From Octopus sinensis (lineage: Eukaryota), in NCBI RefSeq assembly GCF_006345805.1, contig NC_042997.1:44640001-44704000 (forward strand): a stretch of 64,000 bases of DNA. The letters are read 5' to 3'. The position numbers and the translations under genes were made by a program. Positions 1 through 12,980 of this stretch are shown one piece after another. The notes under the pieces were generated by a model that was not told the origin of the DNA, searched no databases, and saw only the letters and a list, made by a program, of their open reading frames with translations. How positions within the stretch are numbered: the stretch's first letter is position 1; each line of letters opens with the position of its first letter.

Positions 1-1719
1 AAGTTATGTATTTGACAAAGGGACAACTCAACAACAATAAACCTAAACTCAGACATGGATACACACATATATTTATACCAGGGATGGGGAACCCTACGTC
101 TGCAGGCGCAATTGTACCAGCTAGCCCATTTTATTGTGCCCACTTGCTGATATACTCATATGCACAAATTATAGCAAATTTTTCAATCATGAAATTTGTA
201 CAATATTTGTATGCCTATTTGCAACATAGGTCATGTTTCTACTATGATTTAAAATGGTCAGACTCAAACAAAAATCCTCTGATAATTGCCATTTGAATGG
301 AAATTTAGTTTTCACTATAAAACACATATTGCTAGGTTTGTACCATCCCCTTGAGACGCGAAAAATATAGAATACCTCATAAGTAATATAGGCGTCCTAA
401 ATTCAGTGATATTTGTCCAGGGTGTTATGTAGCTGAATTGTCCTTGAATTACATGGTTACAAAGCAAACTAACTACAATTGCTATGTCTCCACTATTCAT
501 AACCGCCAGGTTGTACTGGTATCTACGTAAGGTGATTTTAAAATATTTTGCATCTGTTGGAGCAGATAATTATTAATGTTTTTAAAGCGTAAAATTTGAC
601 ATTTCCAACCACTTGTCAAAGTGCATAGATAAGGTGTGTATATATTGTATGGTTCCTGCGGGCATGCGGGTGGAGTAATATTTAGAAAATCATTTGTTTT
701 CAGAGTATTTGTAATTTGTGTTAGACTGTTCAAGCCAAGTGGGGTTTTTGTTCCCCTTTTTTTATCTTTTTTGAGCAGAAAGGTAAGATAATAAGAGAAT
801 TGACAAGTGGCTCTAACATCCATGTTTTAGGAGAATCAAGAGGGCACAATAGAGTGTAATTGGTGCTGAAGAAATAGGCTAACCAGGTCACACCTCATCT
901 TATATATGTATGTATCATATATAGGTACTGGCATGGCTATGTGGTAAGAGGCTTGCTTCTCAACCACATGGTTCTCAGGTTCAATCCTACTTCATGGCAT
1001 CTTGGGCAAGTGTCTTCTACTATAGCCTTAGGCTGACCAGAGTCTTGTGAAAGGATCTGGCAGATGGAAACTGAAAGCAGCCCCTCGTGTGTGTGTGTGT
1101 TTATTTATTTGTGTCTGTGTTTGTCTCTCTCCGCTGCTTGGCAATCAGTGTTAGTGTGTTTATGTCTCTGTAATCTAGCAGTTTAGCAAAGGTGTCTGAT
1201 AGAATAAGTACCTAGCTTGAAAACTAGGTCCTGGGGTCGATTTCTTCCGCTGAAACTCTTCAAGGTGGTGCCCCAGCAATGGCTGCAGTCCAATGACCGA
1301 AACAAGTATGGGATAATGTTCTTTTTTTTTTTTTTAACTTGTTTCAGCCATTTGACTATGGTCATACTGGAGCACCATCTTAAAAGGTGTTAGTTGAAGA
1401 AATCGCCCCCAAGACTTGTTCTTTGTAAGCCTAGTACTTATTCTATTGGTCTCTTTTGCTGAACTGCTAAGCTACGGGGACATAAACACACCAGCATTGG
1501 TTGTTAAGCAATGGTGGGCGACAAACACAAGCACACAGACACAAATATATATATATATAAGGATATAGTAGAAGACACTTGCACAAGGTGCTATGCAGTG
1601 GGACTGAACCTGGAACCATGTGGTTGGGAAGCAAGCTGCTTACCACACAACCACACCTATAGAAGAAAAGCTGTTAGAAGTCCATACAAATCCAAAATTA
1701 TAGTTAATACAAGTAGATA

Positions 1720-1880
1720 AAGTTGGAAAAGGCACAGAAATATATTTTAGAGAATGTTCAATAAAATATTACCAGTTTTGATGTATGAAATATTCAAATA
1801 TTTGATAAAATAGATACATCAAAACCAGTAATATTTTATTAAATATTCTCTGAAATATACTTCTGTGCCTTTTCCAACTT
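1720..1880. repeat. AT-rich fold-back hairpin
   Basis: aagttggaaaaggcacagaa...ttctgtgccttttccaactt, imperfect ~65-bp arms. Confidence 0.7.
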
Positions 1881-1926
1881 CATTTATGCTTTTTAACTAT
1901 GCATATATATATATATATATATATAT

Positions 1927-2700
1927 ATCATCATCATCATCATCATCATTTAGCGTCCGTTTTCCATGCTAGCATGGGTTGAACGGTTCAACTGGGGTCT
2001 GGGGAGCCCGAAGGCTGCACCAGGCCAGTCAGATCTGGCAGTGTTTCTACAGCTGGATGCCCTTCCTAACGCCAACCACTCCGAGAGTGTAGTGGGTGAT
2101 TTTATGTGCCACCGACACAGGTGCCAGACGAGGCTGGCGAACGGCCACGCTCGGATGGTGTTTTTATGTGCCACCGACACAGGTGCCAGACGAGGCTGGC
2201 AGATGGCCACGCTCGGATGGTGTTTTTATGTGCCACTGACACAGGTGCCAGATGAGGCTGGCGGACGGCCACGATCGGATGGTGTTTGTTACGTCCCCAA
2301 AGCACGGAGGCCAGTCTATGCGGTACTGGCTATGGCCACGTTCGGATGATTTTCTTGTGTGCCACCGGCACTGGTACCACAAAGATACAAATTCCATTGA
2401 TGTTCATCTATTTTGATTTGTTTTGATTTTCACTTGCCTCAACAGGTCTTCACAAGTGTCACAAGAAGGAAGGTATGCACAGGTGGACTGACTACGTCCC
2501 AGGTAGGGGCCACGGGTTATGGCCTGACTAGTCTTGCCGGGTCTTCGGATGGTGTTTGTTACGTGCCCACAGCACGGAGGCCAGTCGATGCGGTACTGGC
2601 TACGGCCACGTTCGGATAGTTTTCTTGTGTGCCACCGGCACTGGTACCACAAAGATACAAATTCCATTGATGTTCATCTATTTTGATTTGTTTTGATTTG
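1927..2700 (-). mobile_element. Non-coding RTE 3' UTR/tail derivative with 60-bp subrepeats and two ~290-bp units
   Basis: Same modules as 28710-30620; (CAT)n on the + strand marks the tail. Confidence 0.8.
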
Positions 2701-2719
2701 ATTTGATTTGATATATATG

Positions 2720-2835
2720 CCAGATTAGACTGGAGCCTGGTGCAGCCTTCTGGCTTCCCAGAACCCCGGTCGAACCGTCCAACCCATGCTAGCATGGAGA
2801 ACGGACGTTAAACGATGATGATGATGATGATGATA
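2720..2835 (+). mobile_element. RTE-tail fragment, inverted relative to 1927-2700
   Basis: Ends ...gcatggagaacggacgttaaacgatgatgat. Confidence 0.75.
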
Positions 2836-3479
2836 TATATATATATATATTTATATATAATCCAGGTGTAATATCTACCCCAGCCGTGAGTGTGTGTAGG
2901 TGGATATAACTGCAAGGTTAAAATATTTGCTTCCCAACCACATGATTGCAGGCTCAGACCTGCTGCTTGGTACCTCGGGCAAGTGTCTAATACTATAGCC
3001 CCGAGCTAGCTCAAGCCTTGTTAATAGATTTGGTGGTGAAAGAAAGTATTATATCAACTGACAATACCTTTCACTGCTGTTCAGTATTGCTCTCCACCAC
3101 CACCACCACCACCATCACCACTGCCTGTTGCTTCACCTTTCATTCTCCTCCCAGGTGAGTAAAATATATGCCAGGCAAATTACTTGTGCCAATATAGTTG
3201 ACTACAGAATCCTTGAGCGCACAGCCAAATGACGTAATCCGATTGTGTGTGTGTGTGTGTGTGCGAGCACGTGTATGTAATTTTGTTACATCAGTCATGG
3301 CACAGGTGACATTTTGCGTCACATTTGCACAGCTCAGTGTCTTCTGTATGTTTCATTCCATGATTATTTTGTTGAGTTTTTATTCCCAGATTATGAAATG
3401 CACTTTTATGAAGCAGTTACTGCCCCAGGAGGGCATTCATTGTTGATTTTGGCATAATTTTCTTGTTTGTAGTATATGC

Positions 3480-3862
3480 CAGAGCAGCTGACTGTCTTCC
3501 GTGCTGGTGGCACGTAAAAAGCACCATTTGAGCATGATTGTTACCAGCATCGCCTTACTGGCACGTGAAAAAAACATTCGAGCGAGGTCGTTGCCAGTGC
3601 TGCTGGACTGACTCCTGTGCAGGTGGCACGTAAAAAAAACACCATTTGAGTGTGGCCATTGCCAGTACTTTCTGACTGGCGCTTCTGCCAGTGGCATGTA
3701 AAAGCACCCACTACGCTCTCAGAGTGGTTGGTGTTAGGAAGGGCATCCAGCTGTAGAAACTCTGCCAGATCAGATTGGAGCCTGGTGCAGCCATCTGGTT
3801 CATCTGTCCTCAGTCAAATCATCCAACCTATGCTAGCATGGAAAGCGGACGTTAAAGACGAT
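3480..3862 (+). mobile_element. RTE-tail-related repeat
   Basis: Contains ggaagggcatccagctgtagaaac and ends gcggacgttaaagacgatgat. Confidence 0.7.
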
Positions 3863-4143
3863 GATAATCATACAGAACAGTTCATCGGTGTCCATTGTGG
3901 TCCTACTCCAAGTTCCTTGATAATGTTGAACATTTCTATAATCCCATAAAACATCATACTATGAATAATTCTTGTGATAGTTGTTTCTGAATACCAAGGA
4001 ATTACTTCAGCCCCTTGTTATCATTTTCATTATTTAGAGGTATTGTTTAAAATATTCTCTGCCAAAGATGAGTTATTTTTATATATAGAAACTCCACTAG
4101 CATGCATTGGGTGCCCATGGGAAATTAGTTTTATTCAACAGCA

Positions 4144-4372
4144 TTAACCCCTTCGTTACTATATTTATTTTGAGATGCTCTGTGTTTCTTTTAATTACTT
4201 TAAATATAACAAAGAATTTAGTAAAATAACTTACTTATCATTCAGATAGTGTTAGGAACGTAAATTGTGACTAAGGTTTGGTGGAAGATTTTAATTCAAA
4301 ACTTATCAAAACAAGACATTTGTACTAAAGAGCCAGAGCCGGTTTCAGCCGGGTTGGTAATGAAAGGGTTAA
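4144..4372. mobile_element. piggyBac-type MITE, second family; decayed copy at ~9030-9264
   Basis: TTAACCC...GGGTTAA termini. Confidence 0.7.
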
Positions 4373-5046
4373 GATGTAGCCACTACACATTTATAGGAAA
4401 CACTGTAAACAATTCACAGCTAAAACATGAAGTCTCTTGAAATGTTAGTCTGTTCAGTCTCTGATGATCTTTCATAACAGCCACTCATGTATTAAAAAAG
4501 GAAAAAAACATACTCAGAAGGCTGCTATGAAGTACAATGCCTTATCTTTCTAAGTGTGAAATTGTGGAAGCACTCCGTCGGTTACGACGACGAGGGTTCC
4601 GGTTGATCCGAATCAACGGAACAGCCTGCTCGTGAAATTAACGTGTAAGTGGCTGAGCACTCCACAGACACGTGTACCCTTAACGTAGTTCTCTGGGATA
4701 TTCAGCGTGACACAGAGAGTGACAAGGCCGGCCCTTTGAAATACAGGTACAACAGAAACAGGAAGTAAGAGTGAGAGAAAGTTGTGGTGAAAGAGTACAG
4801 CAGGGATCACCACCATCCCCTGCCGGAGCCTTGTGGAGCTTTTAGGTGTTTTCACTCAATAAACACTCACAACGCCCGGTCTGGGAATCGAACCGCGATC
4901 CTATGACCGTGAGTCCGCTGCCCTAACCACTGGGCCATAAGTGTGAAATATGCTGGTATCAAATGAGTATTCAGAAGGTTGTTGTTTTATAATTCATAAA
5001 ATAATCTGTGTACTTTGTTAGTAAGTGAGTATTGCAGGATATCTTT

Positions 5047-8000
5047 TGTTTTATCACACATTCGGAGGGCGTGCCTTTGCCAATAACGTATCTCTACTCA
5101 ATTACCAAACTCTCACTTCCCGTGATTCGACTCAACACAACTCGACGTCTAGTCTACCGACGGCTCCCGCTCACTCTACGCGATGCTATCATGTCCACTA
5201 TTTATACGCATTGGACCAGCCTACTTATCGTCTGTGGGCATCCACACAACACCTCCCCCTTTTGAAAGTTTTTGTTTTTTCTAAACCTGAATTTATCAAT
5301 TTTATTTCCTTGGTGAGAAACTGGCATATCCTTTTCTCTTAGCATTAATTTCCATCATCTCTGTAGGTTTTCTCTTCCTGTTTGACCTACATATCGGTTC
5401 TACTTCTGCTTGTGGTTCTGGGACCTCGAACAAATCATACCATATATCCATTGGTTTCTCTTGCCTCTCTTGATTTTTGGTATATCTTTTATTAACTGGC
5501 TTCTATGCCTTCTGTGTTCATATTTTGGTCCTTTTACCCAGACGTCCAAAATATGAGGAACCTTTTGAAGACATGGTGATTGCATTGTTAAAACTAGAAC
5601 TGGAAGTGAAGAACATTTTGTACAAAGTAGTACGTGATTTGCCGGTAACGTGATTTGCAGTGTAAACTTCTTCCCGTGTAAGAATTTATGGAATTTTTTT
5701 ACTGTGAAGATTAACGATAACGCCTCTTTTCCAAGCTGGCTGTAGTTTCTTTCTGCTGGTAATAGAACTCTCGATGCATGTGCAATAGTTTTGATTTTAC
5801 TACCATTAAATTTATGCAATATCACAGCTTCACAATTATTTTCAGGTTTGGGTCAAAATGAGTTAATGATAACTCTGATGTTAACCGCTTTTTTTTAATT
5901 CCTCAAATGCTTTCTGACATTCGTTTGTCCAGCTCCATTTCAAGTCCTTCTTTAGCAACTTGTTCAACGGAGCTCTTAGCTCATACATTTTAGATATGTA
6001 CAACTGGTAATAACTTACCAGACCGAAAAATGCTTGTAGTGTTGTTTTGTTAGTGGGAGCAGGCATTTTTTTTATCGCGTCGATCCTAGAAGGGTTCGGT
6101 TTTCGCCCGTTTTCATCGATCACCTGTCCTAAGTACTTTATTTTTATCAAGAAAAATTCCCATTTATCCCCCCTTACTTTGAACCCGTAATCACATATTC
6201 GGTTGAAAACCTCTTCTATATGTTCAATATGTTGGTCCCTCGATTCACTTTTGATCAATATGTCATCCAAGTAAGGCACCGCGAACTCACAATCTGCTTG
6301 CATAGTATCCATCACTTGTTAAAATATTGCTGGTGTGACCTTAACCCCAAATGGCAGTCTTTTGAAAAGGTAGAGACCTTTATGAGTATTGATTGTTAAT
6401 ACTTCAGCACGTTCTTCATCTACCTGTAATTGGAGGTAGGCCTCTGACAAATCCAACTTGGAAAAAATTTTCCCACCATTGCACTTAGCAAATATTTCTT
6501 CTGGGTTTGGAAGCGGATAATTGCAATTCTTTAAACAATCATTAAGACCAGTTGAGAAGTCCACACATACCCTTATTTCGTTGTTCTTCTTTTTTATATA
6601 GAGAGTAGGAGCTGCCCACTCAGAGTAGTCTACTTTTTCAATTACCTCCATGTCTTCCAATCTTTTTAATTCCTTCTCAACTTGATTTAACGCTGCAAAA
6701 GGTACCGCATTTCCTTTCAACTCAAACTTTGATTTTTTTTACATGTACTGAGTTCTTTCGAAAACACATCAGGGTACATCTTTTCCAATTTTAATTTCAT
6801 TTTTTCCAATGCTTTCTCTGACACAGACTGTGACACATTCACCTTGTTACATAGTGTATTCAGTGGTAGACCCCACAGGTTGAATCCTTCCATTAAATCT
6901 GTCCCAAACAGATTTATTGGATTCTTAATCACCATTAGTTTACTTTTCCGTGTCATGTTTTTAAGTTCTATTTCTGGTGAAATTTCGCCCAAGAATTGAA
7001 CTCGTTCCCCTGACACACCGTGAGCTATCCTAGCAGTTTTTTTTATACACCGGCCTGCCTATCTTACTCCAACATGCTGTATTTATTATCAATACGTCTG
7101 AACCGGTATCTAATTGCATTTTGGTCTGGAAACCATTTATTTCTACCAACAAATTTTCGATTTTGTATGGTATAATTTACTTTTGTTGAGTAGACTTTCT
7201 TCAGTTTTTCAATTTTCTTTGACTGGCATTTCGTCTGTATACCACACTTAGAACATATTTTATCTTTCAAGGGGCAATCTTTCCTCAAATGTCCGTCTCC
7301 GCAACCATAACACCATTTTGAATTTATATATTTTCTTCTATTTGTACTTTCTTTACACATTTGTACATTCTTATTATTGTCTTCTATTTTTCTTGGATCA
7401 TCTCGAAGGTTTATTATTTGTTGGCATTCCTCAGCCAAGGTTAGTATCACATCCTGATTCAGCTTTGATAATATTCTTTTTTCTAATTTCCGCATCTTCC
7501 GTTGCCACCAGCCCTTTAACGAACATTAGGCACTTGAACATATCTGGCGTTAATTCTTCCAGCTTAAACCTTTTCGCAAGCCTTATTAACCATACTGGCA
7601 TATGTTACAAAATCATCAGCCTCGTTTTTCTTCAAATTTAAACATTCCCACCAAATGTTAATCTGCGAACTTTTCTTGCTAAAAATATTAGTTAAAATAT
7701 TTATCGTTTCATCAAAACACAATTCCGCAGGCTTTCTTAGCAAAATAAAGTTACAAAAACTTTCATGTTCTGGAGGGGCAAGCTATCGTAAAAGAAGTCT
7801 TACCTTCCTTTCACTAGACCATCCCTTGCATTCCTCTTGGAATATGTCTTCGTATCATCTGTAATATGCAGTAAAAGTAGTTCCTTCATCCGGTTTGTTG
7901 TGAAATTCTTAGATGGAATTTGCAACCCCGCCTGCTGAAAATGATTCTGTCGTATTTCTTGACTGCAGTAACAATTCTGTTAACTTCTGTACCTGCTGCT

Positions 8001-8284
8001 GCTGTTATTTGACAACTGCTTTCAGTAACTCTTCCATTTCGGTACTATTCGAAACCTCATCGCCACTGTTATATCACACATTTGGACGGCATACCTTCAC
8101 CAATAATGTACCTCTGCTCAGCTACCGAATTCTCACTTCCGACGATTCGACTCAACTGAGCTCGATTTCTAGTCTACTGAGGGCTCTGGCTCGCCCTATG
8201 CGATGCTTCTATGACAAGCTATCATGTCCACTATTTATATGTATTGGACAAGCCAACTTATCATCTGGGGGCATCCACACAACA
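5047..8284 (-). mobile_element. Ty3/Gypsy (Mag-like) LTR retrotransposon, internally deleted and decayed; integrase core missing
   Basis: LTRs 5047-5251 and 8067-8284 (TG...CA). PBS TGGCGATGAGG (8055-8065) complementary to the tRNA-Ser(GCU) 3' end; PPT GGGGGAGG next to 5251; near-TSD tcttt/ccttt. ORF fragments: gag CCHC (CYGCGDGHLRKDC), RT (YLDDIL, FSKLDLSEAYLQ), RNase H (AERNYSQLGKEAL). Confidence 0.93.
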
Positions 8285-8696
8285 CCTTTTCTTCTCTTTT
8301 TGTTGTGATTTGTAGTGGAGACTAAGTGCCCAGCTGTGATCTTCTTTGTCATTAATGTGAATTTGCTGGAATTGATCTGAGACTGATTATGGGAAGTTAT
8401 TATGTTCATGACTTTGACATTTACACCTTAACTAAAATAGATCCAGTTTCATTTCAAGAATGCACTCTGGACCTGATTGGTAAAAACATCACTACGAGTG
8501 AGATATAATTTCTCTATTACATATTGTTTTAAAATGAGAAAAAAATTTGGTTTCCAAACAAGATCTCGCAGTGTATGTCCGTGGCTGACACTTGTTGGTT
8601 TTCTCTTTGCCTTTGGTCAACCTTGATTGAATATACCGATAACACTAAGGAACTTGTTTTTTGTATCTCAACATTGAAAATACTTGACTCTTACAG

Positions 8697-8715
8697 TATT
8701 TTATGCTGAATCCAA
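8697..8715 (+). CDS. Candidate 19-nt micro-exon (xFYAESN)
   Basis: ttacAG acceptor and CAA|GTAAGT donor; phase 1 to phase 2, compatible with the 10176 exon. Confidence 0.3.
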
Positions 8716-10175
8716 GTAAGTTTGTAACATTTCTCTTATCAAGTTAGTTTCGTGTGGAATGCAATTTTTTTTTATAGATATACATAGTTACATACTTATC
8801 AAAGTGCAATAAAAGTACATGCTTCTGTAGTTTAAAAAGTAACTTGGTCTGTTGTACTTTACCTCAGATAATATCTCTTTTTAAGAGTCCATCAGTAGTC
8901 AGCAACCATACTGGGCTCCACTTACCTGCTAATGCTCTTTCTTGTTTAGCAGACATAATCTATTGATGCAGAGGTTCACCAAGCTCCTCATTTACAGCAT
9001 CAAAGTTTTCTGAGAGAATATCTGATAACCCTAATCCTAATCCTTTTGTTACCATATTTCTGTTGAAATACACTGACATTGTTTCAACTAAGATGGAAAA
9101 TGATGAAGAATTTAGTAAAGTAACTTTGTTTATCATTTATCTGGTATTTGGAACACAACATAAAATTTTGATGCAATATTTCAGTCTAGATCACTTGTAG
9201 AACAGTAAGTTTGAATCATAGAACCAGGGGTAGTCTCAGGTGGGTTGGTATCAAAAAGGGTTAAGGGCATATTACATCTCACTATTTGATAAAACTTGCT
9301 TGCCACTTTGTTATAGTTTTTAGCCTTGAAATTTCCTAAAAACTTGGCTCCCTTACCGTTAAAACTTTGGCATGCGGCTTTCCTGAATTCACTCGACTCT
9401 CATTTATACCCCCCATCACTCAACAGTTCCCTGATCTGAGGGTGTACAAAAATAATTAAGGCCTTACTGACACAGGGTAATCCAGTTTGCATTTCTCTCT
9501 CTCCTCACTTTATAACAAAGTTTTTCAGAAGTCCCAGCTTGGTGTACTCAGGAAAAAAAAAAAGAACACTTTGTCAGTGAGAAGCAAACCATTCAAAACA
9601 TTTTCTCTAGTTTGAAACAAGTTAGGTATATATTAACCAACACTTCAAAACATTGTGCTTTTGCTTGTCTCTGTTGTCCCACTCACATAAAAATAAAACA
9701 ACAGAACTTGGTGTAATTTAGCTACAACCCTTATAAAAGTGCAGTGATCTCCATATGTATTCAGCTTACATTTCTGATATTGAACTTTTTGTAAAAACAA
9801 CTTCATGTTGTGTATAACTTCTGTGATTGCAGCACATAACATTGGTGTAGAAAAGTATACACTTTTCGCTATGAAGAAAGACTGCTTTTATGTTGATTTC
9901 TGAAGAATCAATGAACAAATGTCATTTGTTTACTTCATGGGAGAACCATTCTCTGAATTCACCATGGCAGCTGTGGAAACATTAATTTTAGTGTTGCACT
10001 CTTTGATCTTGAACCTAAAATTTAATTTAGTCCTGTCTCTCTGATAAATTCAAATCATGAACATAGTCATTCAGACAGTTCTGTGACTATATATACGTGT
10101 TTCATTGAAAAAAATAGTAATCTGAACTGTTGGTTCAGAAAATGACTTCCTCTTTTTCCCTATAAAATCCTCCAG

Positions 10176-10249
10176 CTTAAAGTATCATATGGAAGCATTT
10201 GTATTGGAAGTTGAGTTCTGTGGAGAACTGGTTTCAGGATATCATCCAA
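10176..10249 (+). CDS. Candidate upstream CDYL-like exon (LKYHMEAFVLEVEFCGELVSGYHP)
   Basis: Pyrimidine-rich acceptor ttcctctttttccctataaaatcctccAG, donor CAA|GTAAGC, 74 nt. One open frame ends in phase 1, compatible with the 13394 exon. No homology recognised. Confidence 0.5.
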
Positions 10250-10576
10250 GTAAGCTTTTTGGTTTTGAAGTGGTTCCTTTTGTACTCAGACAGTAGAAAT
10301 AATAGTCTCACGTGTGACCTTCGGATTTTCCTCCAAATCATCGGAATTGTAAATAATATGTGGTGGTGACTTTTAGCTATCCCTTTTTCTAGTCTTACAC
10401 ATACCACAAAGGGAAAAAAAAAAAAAAATGTAGCTAGCACAAATCTTGTCCTATTTTCCCAGTTTACATTCAAAATAATTTTCATAGCATTTTTTTTTCT
10501 AATAGTAGGAAATTATGTTATTGAGATTTTTGAAGTTAGATCACCACATACACATTAGAAGAAACTAGGATGATTC

Positions 10577-10742
10577 AGGTGCAGGAGTGGCTGTGTGGTA
10601 AGTAGCTTGCTTACCAACCACATGGTTCCGGGTTCAGTCCCACTGCGTGGCATCTTGGGCAAGTGTCTTCTGCTATAGCCTCGGGAGAACCAATGCCTTG
10701 TGAGTGGATTTGGTAGACGGAAACTGAAAGAAGCCCGTCATA

Positions 10743-10773
<31 letters not shown>

Positions 10774-10985
10774 GCGTTTGTGTGTCTGTGTTTGTCCCCC
10801 CTAGCATCACTTGACAACCGATGCTGGTGTGTTTACGTCCCCGTCACTTAGCAGTTCGGCAAAAGGGACCGATAGAATAAGTACTGGCCTTACAAAGAAT
10901 AAGTCCCGGGGTCGAGTTGCTCGATTTAAGGCGGTGCTCCAGCATGGCCGCAGTCAAATGACTGAAACAAGTAAAAGAATAAAGA
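10577..10985 (+). mobile_element. tRNA-derived SINE family A; also ~925-1310(+), 1320-1640(-), 18074-18458(+), 25530-25935(-), 36930-37330(-), 38240-38680(+), plus decayed pieces
   Basis: A/B-box-like head ggagtggctgtgtggtaag...ggttcagtccc, internal (TA)n, conserved 3' module ending aaacaagtaaaagag. Confidence 0.85.
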
Positions 10986-11609
10986 GTATTTGGCTTATAT
11001 CTGAACATTTCTAGACATATTTCAAATGTCCAGTTTACTGCCCTGATCAAATATATCCTGCCAGCATTTAGAGAAGTAAATTATACTAATATTACATAAT
11101 GACCGACACTCGGTTATTGATGGCAATATCACATATTACTTGTGATATATCAATGTGCAATTGGCTGAGCAGTCCACAGACACATGTGTACCCTTAACGT
11201 AGTTCTCGGGGAGATTCAGCATAAAAGGGAATGTGACAAGGCTGGCCCTTTGAAATACAGGTACTACTCATTTCTGCCAGCTGAGTGAACCAGAGCAGTG
11301 TGACATAAAGTGTCTTGCTCAAGGATTCAATGTGTCACTGGGAATCAAACTCACCACCGAGCCAAATACCCTAACCACTAAGCCATACACCTTCACCAAT
11401 CTTACATAATAATTATATCATCCTCATCATGTTTTGCTCTGCTGGATCAGTTTTGCATTGGTTTCTACAGCCAGATGTCCTTCCTGATGCCAACAATTTT
11501 ACAAAGTCTACTGTCCTAACATCCACATACTAATATGGAAATCTTTCATTATACTTGTATATTACTTTAACTGAGGGAAAGTGAACACAGCATCAAAAGA
11601 AAACTGGAC

Positions 11610-11995
11610 TGGAAGCACTCCATCGGTTACGACGACGAGGGTTCCGGTTGATCCGAATCAACGGAACAGCCTGCTCGTGAAATTAACGTGTAAGTGGCTG
11701 AGCACTCCACAGACACGTGTACCCTTAACGTAGTTCTCGGGGATATTCAGCATGACACAGAGAGTGACAAGGCCGGCCCCTTGAAATACAGGTACAACAG
11801 AAACAGAAAGTAAGAGTGAGAGAAAGTTGTGGTGAAAGAGTAGAGCAGGGATCACCACCATCCCCTGCCGGAGCCTCGTGGAGCTTTTAGGTGTTTTCGC
11901 TCAATAAACACTCACAACGCCCGGTCTGGGAATCGAAACCGCGATCCTACGACCGCGAGTCCGCTGCCCTAACCACTGGGCCATTGCGCCTCCAC
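11610..11995 (-). mobile_element. tRNA(Arg-like)-derived SINE family B; second copy 4564-4938
   Basis: Minus-strand head gtggaggcgcaatggcccagtggttagggcagcggactcgcggtcgtaggatcgcggtttcgattccc, followed by ~300 bp of non-tRNA body shared by both copies. Confidence 0.8.
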
Positions 11996-12192
11996 CAAAA
12001 GAAAACTAAGTTTGACAGGAAAAGAGAAAATCTTTTCTCCTATTTCGATTCAACATGCAAAAGTACACTAAGAATACCCATGGAAACATTTGTAGTGAAA
12101 TTTTTGTTGCTTTACGTCATTAAAGGTGAACCTGTTACCAACTAATCTTTCAAAAAGTATCTGGAGACTATTTTATTCAGTGTGTTGCTCCT

Positions 12193-12419
12193 TTAACCCT
12201 TTAGTGTTTAAACCGGCCATATCTGGCCCGGATATTCTACATGCTTTATATTCAAACTGGCAATATCTGGCCTCTCACACCTACCCGACAATGTCATTCT
12301 AAATATAAACAATCACATCACTGAAACCTCAAAGATATAAGATAATGCTTGATTAATTCAAAACATTTGAGTGGAAAAGTATTACATTTAACAGAGTAAT
12401 CTGAACACTAAAGGGTTAA
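12193..12419. mobile_element. piggyBac-type MITE (TTAA-CCCTTTAG...CTAAAGGG-TTAA); same family at 21597-21800, 21795-22007, 26470-26698, 34724-34952
   Basis: TTAA TSD with CCC/GGG termini; shared internal aaaccggccatatc motif. Confidence 0.8.
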
Positions 12420-12980
12420 GGTGGTAGAATGTTAAGAGAGATTTTATTGATATTTCTGGCAAGTTGAGTAACCCAGTTGAGCTTCCTTTATTGGATTTTG
12501 ACACTTGCAGTCATCAACATCATCATCAATATTTAACGCCTGTTGTCTGTGCTGGCATGGGTTGGATGGTTTGACCAGGGTTGGCTAGCTGAGAGGCTAC
12601 ACCAGACTCCAGTCTGATTTGGCATGGCTTTCTATGGCTGGATGCTCTGAGTGTAATGGGTGCTTTTACATGCCACTGGCATGACACCAGTATGTGTCAC
12701 AACCATGATTTCACTTGGCTTGGTGGGTCTTCTACTCAAGCACGGCATATTGTCAAAGGTCTTGGTCATTTGTCATTACCTCTGTGAAGCTCAATGCTTG
12801 AAAGGTGCTTTTTAAGTGCCACCAGCACAGGTGCTAGTGGCATAGGTCACATTGCCCCCATGAGGCATGCATCATATATTTCAAGGAAAAATGAATTACT
12901 AAATTGAATGAGAAGTTATTGATTTTTTTTATATATTTCTATTCAGATGTTTATTTGAAAAGTAAAATTGTTTACATATA

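Noticed and set aside
79-830. hAT-like TIR start (cagggatggggaacc) and ORFs 6-296 and 497-823
   Set aside because: No matching second TIR or recognisable transposase motif found, so it cannot be supported.
2100-2350. CRISPR-like ~60-bp periodic repeats (also 24945-25140 and 28885-29070)
   Set aside because: Units are repeated in full with no unique spacers, there are no cas genes, and they belong to the RTE 3' UTR.
11915-11995. tRNA-Arg gene (and other tRNA-like heads)
   Set aside because: No proper acceptor-stem closure or terminator; it continues into a shared SINE body in multiple copies.
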